Below, piece by piece: positions 13,076-26,914 of a stretch of DNA of 64,000 bases (position 1 is its first letter; every line of letters begins with the position of its first letter). The notes under the pieces are model-generated. The model was not told where the DNA came from. It saw only the letters and a list, made by a program, of their open reading frames with translations, and did not search any database. Origin of the DNA: the human T2T-CHM13v2.0 reference genome, Homo sapiens; assembly GCF_009914755.1 (NCBI RefSeq), contig NC_060930.1; one strand, 5' to 3'. Made by a program: the position numbers and the translations under genes.

Positions 13076-15092
13076 ATATTTGTCCTAAAGGTGAAATAAA
13101 GTGCTCAGTATTAGGGAATGGCTTTCAGAATTTAATGACAAAAAACTAGATACAAAATATTCAGCGATCTAAGTTTTAAAAATTCAAGTTCTGTCCTGCT
13201 CCCACAAAGTTTCATGTTAAAATTCATTCTCTCTGGCAGAAGGACCAGAGAGAGACAGCTCTGTCTAGCCTATTTTCCTCCTCTTTTTATTATTGTTGCC
13301 ATTCATTCTTCTCCATCTTTCAAGAATTTAACTTTGCCCTTTTCATTTTTTGTTTTTGCAAAAACACATAAATAATAACTGTAAAAGTAAGATATAAATC
13401 CAAAAGGATTTTACTGGCAAACTCCAAGATTGAAGTTATTTTTCTTTTCAAATTGTAGTTTATTTTATAAACTTTACACTGGAGGCTCTAACTTGTTTCC
13501 CAGTTTTAAAAAAGCTTAATTTATTTTTCTCTGTTACATGCTTTCAAATTGCTAGGACTAACTGAGCTGAGCTATAATATATAAGACACAATCTGTTTCA
13601 TGTTGTAAAGCAAAGCCACTCTAAATTAACTATATTTTAGGGGATAGACTTATGGAAATACCCCATGCATAAAGGTTTTGGGCTTAGTTATAGAACACAT
13701 TCATGTTTTTCTAATGTGTTTGACAAGTTTTGTCCAAATATTAAAATAGTCTGGCTTCATAAGACTTTGGCTAATCGTAGAAGGTTGCTCTTGTCATAGT
13801 AATAAAATGAATTTTGACTTATTTATAAGCAGTATAGAATGTGATCATAATTTGTTTCGGGTAAGCAGCCCCGAGGCAGGGAATATGGCAGCCTTGAATC
13901 AGGGAACATGGCAGACTGTTGAGTTCTCACAAGCTGAATTTTGAAGACACCTTTAAGTTATTTTATAGTTTTTACTTACAATAACAAAAAAAAGTCTCAG
14001 GTCATCTATAAAGTACATTTGTAAAAATCAGATTTGTTTTATCCAGTGGAATTTTAATTCTATTTTATATTCACTCACATGCTAAGTGAGAGAGGCTACT
14101 AATTTTATATAATTTGTGGTTTATTTTTATCATTTCAATAAAGGAATAAATGGTCTATAAGAGTTTATTTTTATTTAAAAGAAATCAGAAATGAAAGCTT
14201 TTATAATGTGAAAACAATTACAAGTTAATTTTCCCGATGAATATTGTTGCAAAAATCTTCAACAAAATACCGATAAAACAAATTCAGTAGCACATTAAAA
14301 TAATCATACATCATGGTCAAGTAGGATTTATCCTTAGGATTCAAGGATGGTTCACCATGTGAAAATCAATTAATGTGATACACTACACTAAGAGAATAAA
14401 GGATAAATTCATATTATCATCTCAATAGATGCAGAAAAAGCATTTGATAAAATTCAACATACTTTTATAATAAAAACTCCCCAAAAATTAGGTATAGAAG
14501 GAATGTACCTTAACATAATGCCATATATAATCATAATAAAAATGGCCATATATGACAAGCCCACAGTTAACATCCCAGTCAACTGTGTTTAAGATGAGGA
14601 CCAAGACAAGGATGCCCATTTTCACCATTTCTATTTGATACAGTACAGAAAGTCCTCATCAGTGCATTAGGCAAAAACAAAAACAAAACCACAAACAAAC
14701 AAAAAAATGCAATCAAATCAGAAAGAAATTAAATTGTCTCTGTTTGTAGATAACATAAAAACCCTAAGGATTCCACCAAAAAAGAGTTGAAACTAATAAA
14801 CAAATTTAATAAAGTTGCAGAATACAAAATCAACATGCAAAAATCAGTAGTGTTTCTATACACTAACAATGAACTACCCTAAATTGAAATTTTAAAAATC
14901 TCATTTACAATAGCATCAGAAAAATAAAATACTTCAGAATAAATTTAACCAAAGAAATAAAAATATGGACAATGCAAACTATAAAACAGTGATAAAAGAA
15001 ATTTAAGAAGGCCTAATTGAATGGAAAGCTATCCTGTGTACATAGATTGGAAGAATTAGTATTGTTAAAATGTCAATATTACCCAAGGTAAT

Positions 15093-17398
15093 TGTATTTA
15101 TTAGTCCATTCTCACACTGCTAATAAATACCTGAGAATGAGTAATTTATAAAGGAAAGGGGTTTAATTGGCTTACAGTTCTGCAGGGCTGGGGAAGCCTC
15201 AGGAAACTTACAGTCATGGTGGAAGTAAAAGAAAACACATCCTTCTTCACATGGTGGCAGCAAGGAGAAGTGCCAAGCAAAGAGGGGAAAAGCTCCTTAC
15301 AAAAACTTCAGATCTTGTGAGAACTCACTCACTATCATGAGAACACCATGAGGGTAACCACCCCCATGATTAAATTACCTCCTGATGGATCCCTCCCATG
15401 AAATGTGGGGATTATGGGAACTAAAATTCAAGATCAGATTTGGGTGGTGGCACAGCCAAACCATATCATTCTGCCACTGGTCCCTCCCAAATCTCATGTC
15501 CTCAACATTTCAAAACACAATCATGCCCTTCCAATAGTCCCCCAAAGTCTTAACTCATTCCAGCATTAACTCAAAATTCCAAGTCCAAAGTTTCATCTGA
15601 GACAAGGAGAGTCCCTCCCACCTATGAGCCTGTAAAATCAAAAGAAGTTAGTTACTTCCTAGATACAATGGGGTACAGGCATTGGGTAAATACACCCACT
15701 CCAAATGGGAGAAATTGGCCAAAACAAAGGGGTTATAGGACCCATGCAAATCTGAAATCTAATAGGGCAGTCATTAAACATTAAAGTTCCAAAATGATCA
15801 TCTTTGACTCCACATCTCACATCCAGGGCACGGTGATGCAAGAGGTGGGCTCTCACAGCCTTGGACAGTTCCACTCCTGTGGCTTTTCAGGGTACAGCTC
15901 CCCTTCTGGCTGCTTTCATGAGCTGGCATTGAGTGTCTGTGGCTTTTCCAGGCACACAATGCAAGCTGTTGCTGGATCCACTATTCTGGGGTCTGGAGGA
16001 TGGTAACCCTCTCACAGCTCCACTAGGCAGTGTACCAGTGGGAACTCTGTGTGGGGGCTCCAACCCCACATTTCCCTTCTGCACTAACCTAGCAGAGGTT
16101 CTCCAGGAGGGCTTCACCCTTGCAGCAAACTTCTGTCTGGACATCCAGGCATTTCCATACATCCTCTGAAATCTAGGCAGAGGTGCTCAAACCTGAATTC
16201 CTGACTTCTGTGCACCCATAGGCTCATCACCTCGTGGAAGCCACCAAGACTTGAGGTTTGCACCCTTGACACAATGGTTCAAGCTATACCTTAGCCCCTT
16301 TTAGCCACATCTGGAGCTGATGAACCTAGGGTGCAGGGCACCATGCCATGATGCTGCATAGAGAAGGGAGGCCCTGGACCTGGCCTAGGAAACCACTTTT
16401 CCCTCCTAGGCCTCCAGACCTGTGATGAGAGGGGCTGCCATGAAGGTTGCTGACATGCACTGGAGTCATTTTCCCTATTGTCTTGGTGATTCACATTTGG
16501 CTCCTCGTTACTTATGCAAATTTCTGCAGCCCACTTGATTTTCTACCCAGAAAATGGGGGTTTCTTTTCTATCACATTGTCAGGCTGCTTTGCCATTTAG
16601 AAATTTCTGTTGGCCGATACCCTAAATCATCTCTCTCAAGTTCAAAGTTCCACAGATCTCTAGAGCAGGGGCAAAATACTGCCAGTCTCTCTGCATAGCA
16701 AGAGTGAGCTTTACTCCAGTTTTCAACAAGTTCCTCACCTCCATCTGAGATCACCTCAGCCTAACTTCATTGTCTATATTACTACCAGCATTTTAGTCAA
16801 AGCCATTCAACAAGTCTCTAGGAAGTTCCAAACTTTCCCATATCTTTCTGTCTTCTGAGCCCTCCAAGTCTCTGGGAAGTTCCAAATTTTCTCACATTTT
16901 CCTGCCTTTTTCCGAGCCCTTCAAATGGTTCCAATCTCTGCCTGTTATCCAGTTCCAAAATCACTTACACATTTTGGGGTATCTTGACAGCAGTGCTCCA
17001 CTTTCTGCAGTGGGCCAATTTACTGTGTTAGTCCATTCTCACACTGCTAATAAAGACATACCTGAGACTGAGTAATTTATAAAGGAAAGAAGTTTAATTG
17101 ACTCACAGATCAGCATAGCTGGGGAGGCCCCAGGTAACTTACAATCATTGCACAAGGGGAAGCAAACAGGTCCTTCTTCACATGGTGGCAACAAGGAGAA
17201 GTGCCGAGCAAGAGGGGAAAAAGCCCATATAAAACCATCAGATCTCGTGAGAACTCATTCACTATCATGAGAACTGCATGAGGGTAATCACCCCAATGAT
17301 TAAATTACCTCCCAATTTGTCCCTCCCATGACAAATAGAGCTTATAGGAACAACAATTCAAGATGAGATTTGAGTGAGGACACAGCCAAACCATGTCA
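15093..17398 (-). mobile_element. Full-structure THE1 (THE1C/D-like) MaLR: LTR 15093-15468, internal region 15469-17023, LTR 17024-17398
   Basis: Two homologous ~375 bp LTRs (tgt..ttagtccattctcacactgc...cacagccaaaccat(a/g)tca) flank THE1-int sequence. 5-bp TSD GTAAT (15088-92) / GCAAT (17399-403). Confidence 0.95.
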
Positions 17399-18242
17399 GC
17401 AATGTATAGATTCAATACAATCTCTATCAAAATTCCAATGAATTTTTTACAGAGAAAGAAAACAGAACCTTAAAATTCATATGAAACCAGAAAAGGCCCT
17501 GAATAGCCAAAGCAGTCTTGAGCAAAATGAAACAAAGCTGGAGGCATTAAACTACATTATTTCAAAATAAACAACAAAGTTGTTGTAAACAGAATGGCAT
17601 CATAAGGCCATAATAAGACATAAAGACCAATGTAATGGAATAGAGAGACCAGAAGTAAATCCATACATTTATATACTCAATTGATCTTTGACAAAGGTAC
17701 CAAGAATACACAATAGGGACAGTAAAATATCTTCTTTTCCTTTGGGAAGGAAAACCAGATATCCACATGCAGAAGAATGAAATTGGACCCTTATCTCATA
17801 CCATATACAAAATCAACTTGAAATGAATGAAATAATTAAATTTAAAACCCCAAACTATAAAAGTAGTAGCAGAAAATATTTTTAAAATCTTCTTAATATT
17901 GGTCTGACCAATTATTTTTTAGATATGACCACAAAAACACACACAACAAAAGCAAAAAGAGAAAAATTCAATTATATCAAATTAAAAGGCTTTCACACAA
18001 CACAGGAAACAATCAGTGGAGTGAAAAGATAAACTACGAAATGAAAAAAAATTGTAAACCATACATCTAATAAAGGGTTAATATCCAAAATATACAAGGA
18101 ACTCAAACAAAAAAATCTCAATTAAAAAATGGTCAACAGAACAGACATTTCTTGAAAGGAAATATACAAATGGCCAACAGGTATATGAAAAAATGCTCAA
18201 GATCATTAAATATCAGAGAAATGCAAATTAAAACCTCAATGA

Positions 18243-18526
<284 letters not shown>

Positions 18527-19689
18527 GGCTATTTTCAATAAGACAAAAGACTTCAAACTTTTGGCAAGGATGTGGACAAAAGGGTATATACTATTAGTAG
18601 GAATGTAAATTAGTACAGAAATTATGAAAAATAGCACAAAGATTCATTTAAAAACAAACATGAAACTACTATACGATCCAGCAATCTTACTTCTGGGTAT
18701 ATATTCAAAAGAAATTAATTCAGTATGTTGAAGAGATACCTGCATTTTCATGTGTATTGCAGCATTATTCACAACAGACAGAGGTATGGAATCAACTTAA
18801 ATGTCTACTGAAAGATGAATGGATAAAGAAAATGGTGTAATACACAATGGAGCACTCTTCAGCCTTAAAAAAATAAGAAAATTCTGTAATTTGAGACAAC
18901 ATGGATGAACCTGGAGGACATTATGTTAAGTGAAATAAGCCAGGCATGGAAAGACAAATACCCCTTGATCTCACTTTATATGTGGAATTTAACAAGTGGA
19001 ACTCATGGAAGCAGTGAGTAAAACTGTGGATGCCATAGGATGAAGGCAGGGAAGGAAATGGTGAGATGTTGACCAGTAGTTAGAATGTTTCAGTTAGGAT
19101 GAAGAAGTTCTAGAGGTCTTTTGTGCAGCATGGTTACTATTGTCAATAATAATGTATAGTATACTAGAAAATAGCTAAAATAGTAGATCTTCAGTGTTCT
19201 CATCACACACACATGCACACACACACATATAATCATGTGAAGTGATGAATATCTTAATTAGCTTGCCTGTGGTATTAATTTCACAATATGTCGTGTGTTA
19301 AAACATCACATTGTGTACCATAAACATATATGATTTCTGTTTTTATAATTATATTTCAAGGCAGCTTGGGGAAAAAGATTGTATACGGATTGTATATTTG
19401 TATAATGTAAATAACTTTTCATGGTGACATAAGGTTATCCTGTAATTTATATGTTATAACTTTAATTTTAAGTGAACTATAGTAATATTTGTAACATTTT
19501 AATACCTGCAGAAGTAAACAAGATGTTTAGCATGGACTTTACATGTGTACCAGATTATACAGCATCATTCATGGAACCAACTGTATTTTCCTCACAAAGA
19601 TCACACTTTCCTCTAGTTTAATTCCTAGTTCTGTTGTCAGGTTACGCCCAGACTTCATGCCATTCTTCCTTGAAAATTCACTCAAACAA

Positions 19690-19910
19690 GTAATAAGAAG
19701 AGCTACTATGTGGGGGAGCTTCTTACATGCCAGGCACTGTGTTAAGTACATTGTATACATCATTGCATCAATTCTCACAACTCAAGGAAATAGGAATTAT
19801 TGTGTCCACCTTAGAGAGGTTGACTTACGGGCATGTTTAGAAACTAGTGGATCCAGTTAGATATGAAGTTAGATTAATATTAAAGCTCAAGCTTTTAACC
19901 ACTGCATTAT
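19690..19910 (-). mobile_element. MIR
   Basis: atgccaggcactgtgttaagtacattgtatacatcatt...attctcacaac...aagctcaagcttttaaccactgcatt. Confidence 0.8.
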
Positions 19911-20154
19911 TTTTAGCTCAGTTCAACTTTGTAAATTTTAACTCTGAAGGTAACAGAGAAGGGGTTAGGTTGAAGACATAGCAGTTATTTCTGTGTTTTA
20001 GGATAAAGTATTTAACCTACTAGATTCTTATGTCATCTTCTTAAAAATAGAAATAACCTCAAAATAGCTAGCGAGTCATGGAAAATCATTTAGAAGTGTG
20101 CCTGGAATCTATTAAGTCAATAATTCTAAAGCTTTAAAAAATCCAATTAACTAA

Positions 20155-20450
20155 ATCTTTCAATCATCCTTTTCAACGAATAAAAACTGAACAACCAAGG
20201 ATGCTCTGATATAGGCATGTATAAATATACATGACCAAGACAGATGAGAACTCTGCTTCTATGGATCTTGCATTCTGGCATTGCACAAATAATAAAAAAG
20301 TAATCCAAATACCATCAAGGCAATTTCAAATTGTGAGAATGTCTATGAAAACATAAAGAGAATAATGTGATGAAAAGCAAACTTGTGCAGAGGCTGTTTT
20401 AATGCAGGTGAGAATAAGCTTCTATTAGCAGGGATTGTTAAGACAGATAA
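20155..20450 (-). mobile_element. L2 3' fragment
   Basis: caagacagatgagaactctgcttctatggatcttgcattctgg resembles the reverse L2 3' region. Confidence 0.55.
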
Positions 20451-20930
20451 AACTAAGTAAATAATATGTTTCACATTTTATATTTTATATCCATGCAAAT
20501 TCAGCACCCTGTTATTTGCTTCAGTAGCAAAATGATATTTTGAATTACTGTAGAAATTACTGAAATTACCTCCCAAATATCAGAATAAAATTAGTGACCC
20601 AGAATGCCAAGTGTTGCTTATCCTGCACTAAGCAAGTCCTACTTATACTATCAGAGAGAAAATCACTGGAGAAGGAATTAGTGAATACCCAGTTATTGTT
20701 AGGGGTATACCCTCTATTCTTCTTGGAAAGATCTTCACAGAAGATCTTGAGAAGATCTTCTCAAGAAAACCTTGAGTCTTCTCAAGGTTTTCATAGACTA
20801 AGATTGGGTTTAATCATTTACTTACAAGATATTCACAACCAAAGCTAATCAATTCTTAAATAAATATAATATTCCTGTAGTCCAAAGCAGTAGAGATACA
20901 CCTGTAAGACTCATTCTCTTCCTGAATTTC

Positions 20931-20968
20931 TGTGTGTGTGTTGTTGTTGTTGATGATGATGATGATGC
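20931..20968. repeat. Compound (TG)n(TTG)n(GAT)n microsatellite
   Basis: Directly visible. Confidence 0.85.
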
Positions 20969-21176
20969 TACTCTTTAAATTTGGATGGAAAAAAAGCAAT
21001 GTTTTAAAATACAACATGTATGATCACACACTACTTGGGATACTGAGGAATAGGTACCCATCTCCTTTTTGGTACAAACACACTTCCAAGGCCTTTCATA
21101 CTAAATGACTGTTTTGATGATGGGCTGACCATACAAGCAAAGTGGTTATCTATGCCATTTAAATAAAGAAAAAATA

Positions 21177-21478
21177 GGCTAAGCATGGTGGCTCACCCCT
21201 GTAATCCCAGCACTTTGGGAAGCCCAGGCAGGCAGATTGCTTGAGCTAAGGAGTCCGAGACCAGTGCGGACAACATGGCAAACAACCATGTCTCTACAAA
21301 AAAAATACAAAAACTAACCAGGTGTGATAGGTGCGTGCCTGTAGTGCCAGCTACTCAGGAGGCTGAGGTGGGAGGATAACCTGAGCCTGGGACGTTGAGG
21401 GAGCTGAGATCGTGCAATTGCACTCCAGCCTGAATGACAGAGTGAGAACTTTACTCAAAAAAAGAATAAGAAAAAAAG
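21177..21478 (+). mobile_element. AluJ
   Basis: Dimeric Alu with J-type features (gattgcttgagc, gaggtgggaggat) and an A-rich tail. Confidence 0.9.
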
Positions 21479-22939
21479 GAAAGGAAAGTATAAATAGAAG
21501 AACTGTAGAGCTGGAAACAATTTTTTCATCATTTCAAATCCTTAGCATGGGCATATGAATTAATTTTCAGAGTTGTAATACACTTTTATGTATTAATCAT
21601 GGGACTGTTGATTATGTATTCCCAAGGAAATCTGCCTAGGCATTTGCCTCTCTACCAGATCACCACTGTTGATTCCATTTAGTCTCTGACTGTGATTACT
21701 TGCAGATGGGGTCCATTCGCAACAACATTTTTATATCATGTACAAGATTAGAGCAAACAAACTACTTTGACTACAGTATTCTCCAATTACATTAATTTTA
21801 TCCACTGATGTCTTTATTTCCTTCCTTTCTAATTTAACTGTGTAATGTGAAAATAGACCCTATTTTTGTGCCTATTGTGATGTTCTTAATCCTCTCTTTC
21901 TTCCCACATGGTGTTAGTTGCCTAAGAGGACTTCACAAACAGACTCCTCTAATGGGAACAAGAGGATTTTCCTTCTTGCAGAAAAATCCCAAAATGAGTC
22001 CTACACTTAACTTTCCAAGCTTTGAGTTGGAGGGAAGAAGTACCAGACATCCATTACAAAAACATATAGCAGCTATACACTTCTGTCACCTACACTTGTA
22101 ATCTTTCCACTTCTCAGGACAGAATCACTATAATTAGGTCTGGCTAAATGGAGAAAGCTATGCAGGGAAAGGTGGAATCGAGTGTGGTAAGTGGTGATGG
22201 AAAGGTAATCATAGAAAAGAAAAAATATTAAAAAGATAAAAGAGACATAAAGAAGAAGAACAGATAAAGACAATACACAAAGCAGTGATGTTGCATGTTC
22301 TTTCAAAGTGTAGAGGGTCATGGTGGTACAGTCAATCACCTCTTGGATGGAAGTACTTGGACAGAACAGTAAAGGGAACCTCCTGAGATACAGTGTTCTA
22401 TGGATGAGGAAATGCAAGCGAACATCACATTAGACAAATTACGGACTGAAAAAAATTATTAAAATAGGATTCACATTTTAAGATTTAAGAAATAAATATT
22501 AAATAATCGCATTAAGATACTTATTGTGGCACCCATCATTACATACATATATATGCTTTTTTTAATTGGATAAATATTGTTCAGTCAGAATTCAAGTACT
22601 CTTTGGGGTTCTTGAGTTTGGCACAATGATTTAAAAAAAAGATTATCAACTAACAATTAGAACTATATAGATATACCAAATAGTTCCAAGTAAATATGTT
22701 ATGTAGTTATATATACTACATGTTTTTTAAAAAACAATAATATTGGTATTTTTGTTTCCTCTGGGGAAATGTTTGCCGCAGAAGTCACTCTGAACTTAGG
22801 GAGGAGACTCAGGCTCAGTTTAAGCTCCCTAAGCTTTAGTTGTCCACCTTGGCAAGTCACTCTCAGATGTGAGCTGTTTATACAAAAGTTAACCATTTTA
22901 TTGATTATTTAATTTATTTTTTTGTGGACTTATAAGGTT

Positions 22940-23340
22940 TTATTTTCTTTTTATTGTTATTATTATTATTATACTTTAAGTTTTAGGGTACATGTGCACA
23001 AGGTGCAGGTTTGTTACATATGTATACATGTGCCATGTTGGTGTGCTGCACCCATTAACTCGTCTTTTAGCATTAGGTATATCTCCTAATGCTATCCCTC
23101 CCCCCTCCCCCCACCCCTCAACAGTCCCTGGTGTGTGATGTTCCCCTTCCTGTGTCCATGTGTTCTCTTTGTTCAATTCCCACCTATGAGTGAGAACATG
23201 CGGTGTTTGGTTTTTTGTCCTTGCGATAGTTTGCTGAGAATGATGGTTTCCAACTTCATCCATGTCCCTACAAAGGACATGAACTCATGATTTTTTATGG
23301 CTGCATAGTATTCCATGGTGTATATGTGCCACATTTGCTT
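22940..23340 (-). mobile_element. Young L1PA (L1PA3/4-like) 3'UTR, ~400 bp, 5'-truncated
   Basis: ttattatactttaagttttagggtacatgtgcac...ttgcgatagtttgctgagaatgatggtttcc. Confidence 0.93.
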
Positions 23341-23654
23341 ACTTTATGAGCAAGGATCTGTGACAACTCACATAGTTTTTAAAAAAGTAGGCATTTGTAT
23401 TTAGATTTGAGTAACTCTGGTGTTAATGCATTTAGGGTTTAATAATTATGTATTTTAGTAAAAAAGTAAAGGATAGTAACTCCAACATTTGCATATGCCT
23501 GGTGAAACTCTGAACATTTTATAATTTTTATTCTCAGTGTTGGAATGACGGAATTATACAGACATTGATATAAACAATTTTAAGAGTTCTTATGCTCCGT
23601 CTCTCTGACCTTCTCCCTGCTTTATTATGGCTAGAACACTCAGAAAGCTGGGCA

Positions 23655-23830
23655 GTGGGTTCCAAGGAGCTTGGGTTAAAATTTTATCTTTGCTGCTTAG
23701 TAGTCCTACAACCTTGGGAGCGTAATTTCATCTTCCTGGTATTTGCTTTTATTTGAGTCTCACAGGGCTGCTGAAGGGATCTAAGGCCGTCACATATGTA
23801 AGGATGCTTAGTAGTAATGCAAATCTCGGC
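23655..23830 (+). mobile_element. MIR
   Basis: cttgggttaaaatt...gcttagtag...accttggg...ctcacagggctgctgaagggatctaa. Confidence 0.6.
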
Positions 23831-25291
23831 AGAGTCTCTGCTACTCGTAATAATCAGGATGTATAAAAATGTGCCACCTTAAAATGACCACCTGGCATTT
23901 AAAGTCATCTGGATACATCAATTATACTTTGGTTGTAACCACCTGCACTGTGCAAGCAAATTAAATTATTATTTTGTTGTTGTTATTGTTGTTAAAACTC
24001 ACTATTAGCATTTTAGTACAAAGAGGAAGCTCTGTGACAAGGAAAGAGCCCTGGAATCTGAGATCAGACCTAGGTCTGCCCAATGACTTATTACAAAAGT
24101 AAGCACTTCAGTTACGCCTCTGGAAAGCAAAAGGAGACAATTATATTTCAGAAGTTGGATTTTTTCCCCAATTCATCTCTATAGGTCTAGTAATATAGTT
24201 GCTAACTGAATAAAATATGACATTTAATACTTTTAAAAGGTAAATTTTTAAAATGAAAATATATTAACTGTAAGAAAATATATAAATAAAGAACCAATTC
24301 TAAGGAGTATTAACAATTCATACATAAAACTACTCCTCTACCTGAGTTTCTTGTTAATGTAATATTTCTTAACTTTATCTTTCTTTATCCACAGAGAAAT
24401 AACAATATCAGCTCTAAGATCCTGTGCAAACTTGTCCAACTCCTTGCCCCAAGTCAAAAACCCATTGTGATGGTTTTTATAACATTTTTTTCAAAGATTT
24501 CAAATGATGATTGATCCTTCTATATGTTTTTTAATAGCTTTGGCAACCTGGTATCATAAATTAAATGAACAGTTCCGACAATTTCACAAATAGGACTGCC
24601 TTTGAGTTGGTTTAGGATTTATTATACACGCAATCCAGGTTTAATACCCTAGATCAATAACATAATCATTGGCAAACTTTTTACTTTCTCCACCCAGCTT
24701 CAGGTATTTTCTTGCCTGGATCCCAAACGTGTCTGACCCACAGTCCAACATTTGGAGTGCCAGCTAAACTCTTTATTTATTACGCTATCAATTTAATTGT
24801 AAAATTTCACATTGGATTTTTATTTTAAGTATATACCTTTTGCTGAATGAATAATGTATTCCTTTCGCATCTATTGATAGATTTCTAATTCAAGAAGTTC
24901 ACATATCTGTTCAATGTATCATACAGTTAAGCAACACAGCTTGGAATTTACCAATGAATACAATTGTAACGTGGGTCTTCAAAGCTTTCACTTTGCTCTC
25001 TTACATTCTCTTGACCATACCCTATCAAACAACATCACTCACACAAATGGAGAAAGTATTGGATTTAGAGTTCTGATTTTTAGAATCCAGTACCAGCTGT
25101 ATGAGACGTTACCTGGGAAAAACTGGAGCTTTTGTGTAATTCTCAGTAAATTCATAATGTTTGAATGAGATAATTTCTAAAGCACCTTCCATTCCATTGT
25201 TTTTATTCTGTAATCCCTGTTGCCATGCTTATTTTAGTCTCGTGTAATACCTCAATTCATATTCCTTGCCTAGAAAATATATCTACTTGCG

Positions 25292-25576
25292 GACCAGGCA
25301 CAGTGGCTCACGCCTGTAATCCCAGCACTTTGGGAGGCTGAGGCAGGCAGATCATGAGGTCAGGAGTTCGAGACCAGTCTGGCCAACATGGTGAAACCCC
25401 ATCTCTACTAAAAATACAAAAATCAGCTGCCCGTGGTGGCACATGCCTGTAATCTCAGCTACTCAGGAGGCTGAGGTAGGAGAATAACTTGAACCTGGGG
25501 GGTGGAGGATGCAGTGAGCCAAGTACCATTGCATTCCCGCCTGGGTGACAAAAAAATAAAAATAAAAAAATAAAAA
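25292..25576 (+). mobile_element. AluS (Sg-like), missing the last ~17 nt before the A tail
   Basis: gatcatgaggtcaggagttcgagaccag; ctgggtgaca runs directly into the A-rich tail. Confidence 0.92.
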
Positions 25577-26369
25577 TGATGATATGTCTACTGGTACACT
25601 ATAATTATTACTCATCATACCAAAATGTTCCACATCTGCATTTGCCAACCTACAGCCTGCTGTTCTTTCAACTACAACCATTCCTGGTTTTCATCACAAG
25701 GATCATTTAAATAATCACATCTACAGCTATGTTATTATTTGCTTTCTTTCATATTATCCAATTCTTCTCCCGAAAAATGGTTCTTCAATGTGAGATTACC
25801 TTAAAACTTCTATTACAGTTTCCTCCTGCTACCAATAAGGTGGGCACTCAATAAATGTTGAGTGAAGGTTATGACTAAATTGTATTTAAACATCAATATT
25901 TTAAAAAGTATACCTAGTAAAATCATATCTTGTTTCTTACTTTTTGAATATTCTGGTGCTTTGACATTTTGTTTGATGATTTCACTGGAAGTATGGAAAA
26001 TGATATTTTTCTAAGGACAACACAAAATTCTGATGATTAATTAGATAATTTGAGCAATAACATTTTTGAAACTGAAATTCAGAACTTATAACAAGAATGC
26101 TTTCCACCAGAGAAACTTCAATGCCAGTCATGAAAACAGAAAGCAAAAAAATTAAAAGAGATATTTTTAAAAGAAGCTGAGAGAAGTCACATTTCCAACT
26201 AGAAAACCATTGGGCCACCCAAGAATTAAGAGAATTAAGAGTTAGAAAAAAAAAAACATAAACAAAAACAAAACCCACAGAAATATAGCCAGGAAATCTG
26301 GATTTGAATACTTGAGCCACATTATGAATAATAAAAGAGAGAATAACCTCTCCAAAAAACTAAAGGCTC

Positions 26370-26460
26370 TGAAAGAGAAACAGTGACTTGTTCATTCTCA
26401 TGTTGCAAGGACTGGACCCAGTGCTTGTAACATAGTTGGCTCTCAGTAAATAAAGTGAAG
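26370..26460 (+). mobile_element. L2 3' end
   Basis: cttgttcatt...cagtgcttgtaacatagttggctctcagtaaata. Confidence 0.6.
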
Positions 26461-26914
26461 TCAGAGAAGAATAATTCCAAAGCCTCGCATTTCTTGCATA
26501 ATTTGCACTAGTGTTTGATTATTTTTTCAGTTAAATACTTACACATAGACAAATGTCCATGATTTTTTTCGCTTCTATCTTTTGAATAAACCACTTTTTA
26601 CTATAATCAGACTTGTTCATATGCTGAGCTTATATGTATGCATTACCAGAAATGTTCTACTACAAAACTTAATACAAACATGGAGGCAAGTATATCTACA
26701 TGTTTAATTGGACATATACAATTGCAGATACTAAACATTTTTGAGTGACAGAAGCAGTACTTTCATGTGACTTGCCCTATTCATAATACATAATTAGACA
26801 ATTCTGTAGCATTTACATATAATGTAAGAGTGTAAAATTCAGTTTGTTTTTTATAACTACTACATGGAGAAAAAGCCCTTATAAATATGAACATTTTAAT
26901 TGGGATTAAGTTCA

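Noticed and set aside
15659-16754. Cluster of ORFs in the THE1 internal region
   Set aside because: Fragments of decayed, non-autonomous MaLR internal sequence
16810-16925. ~55-bp tandem duplication in THE1-int
   Set aside because: I recall this duplication in other THE1-int copies, so it is probably a subfamily feature and not locus-specific (unverified)
22895-22945. Possible 3' transduction after the L1PA tail (second A-rich tract)
   Set aside because: No TSD found to bound it, and AT-rich flank explains it equally well
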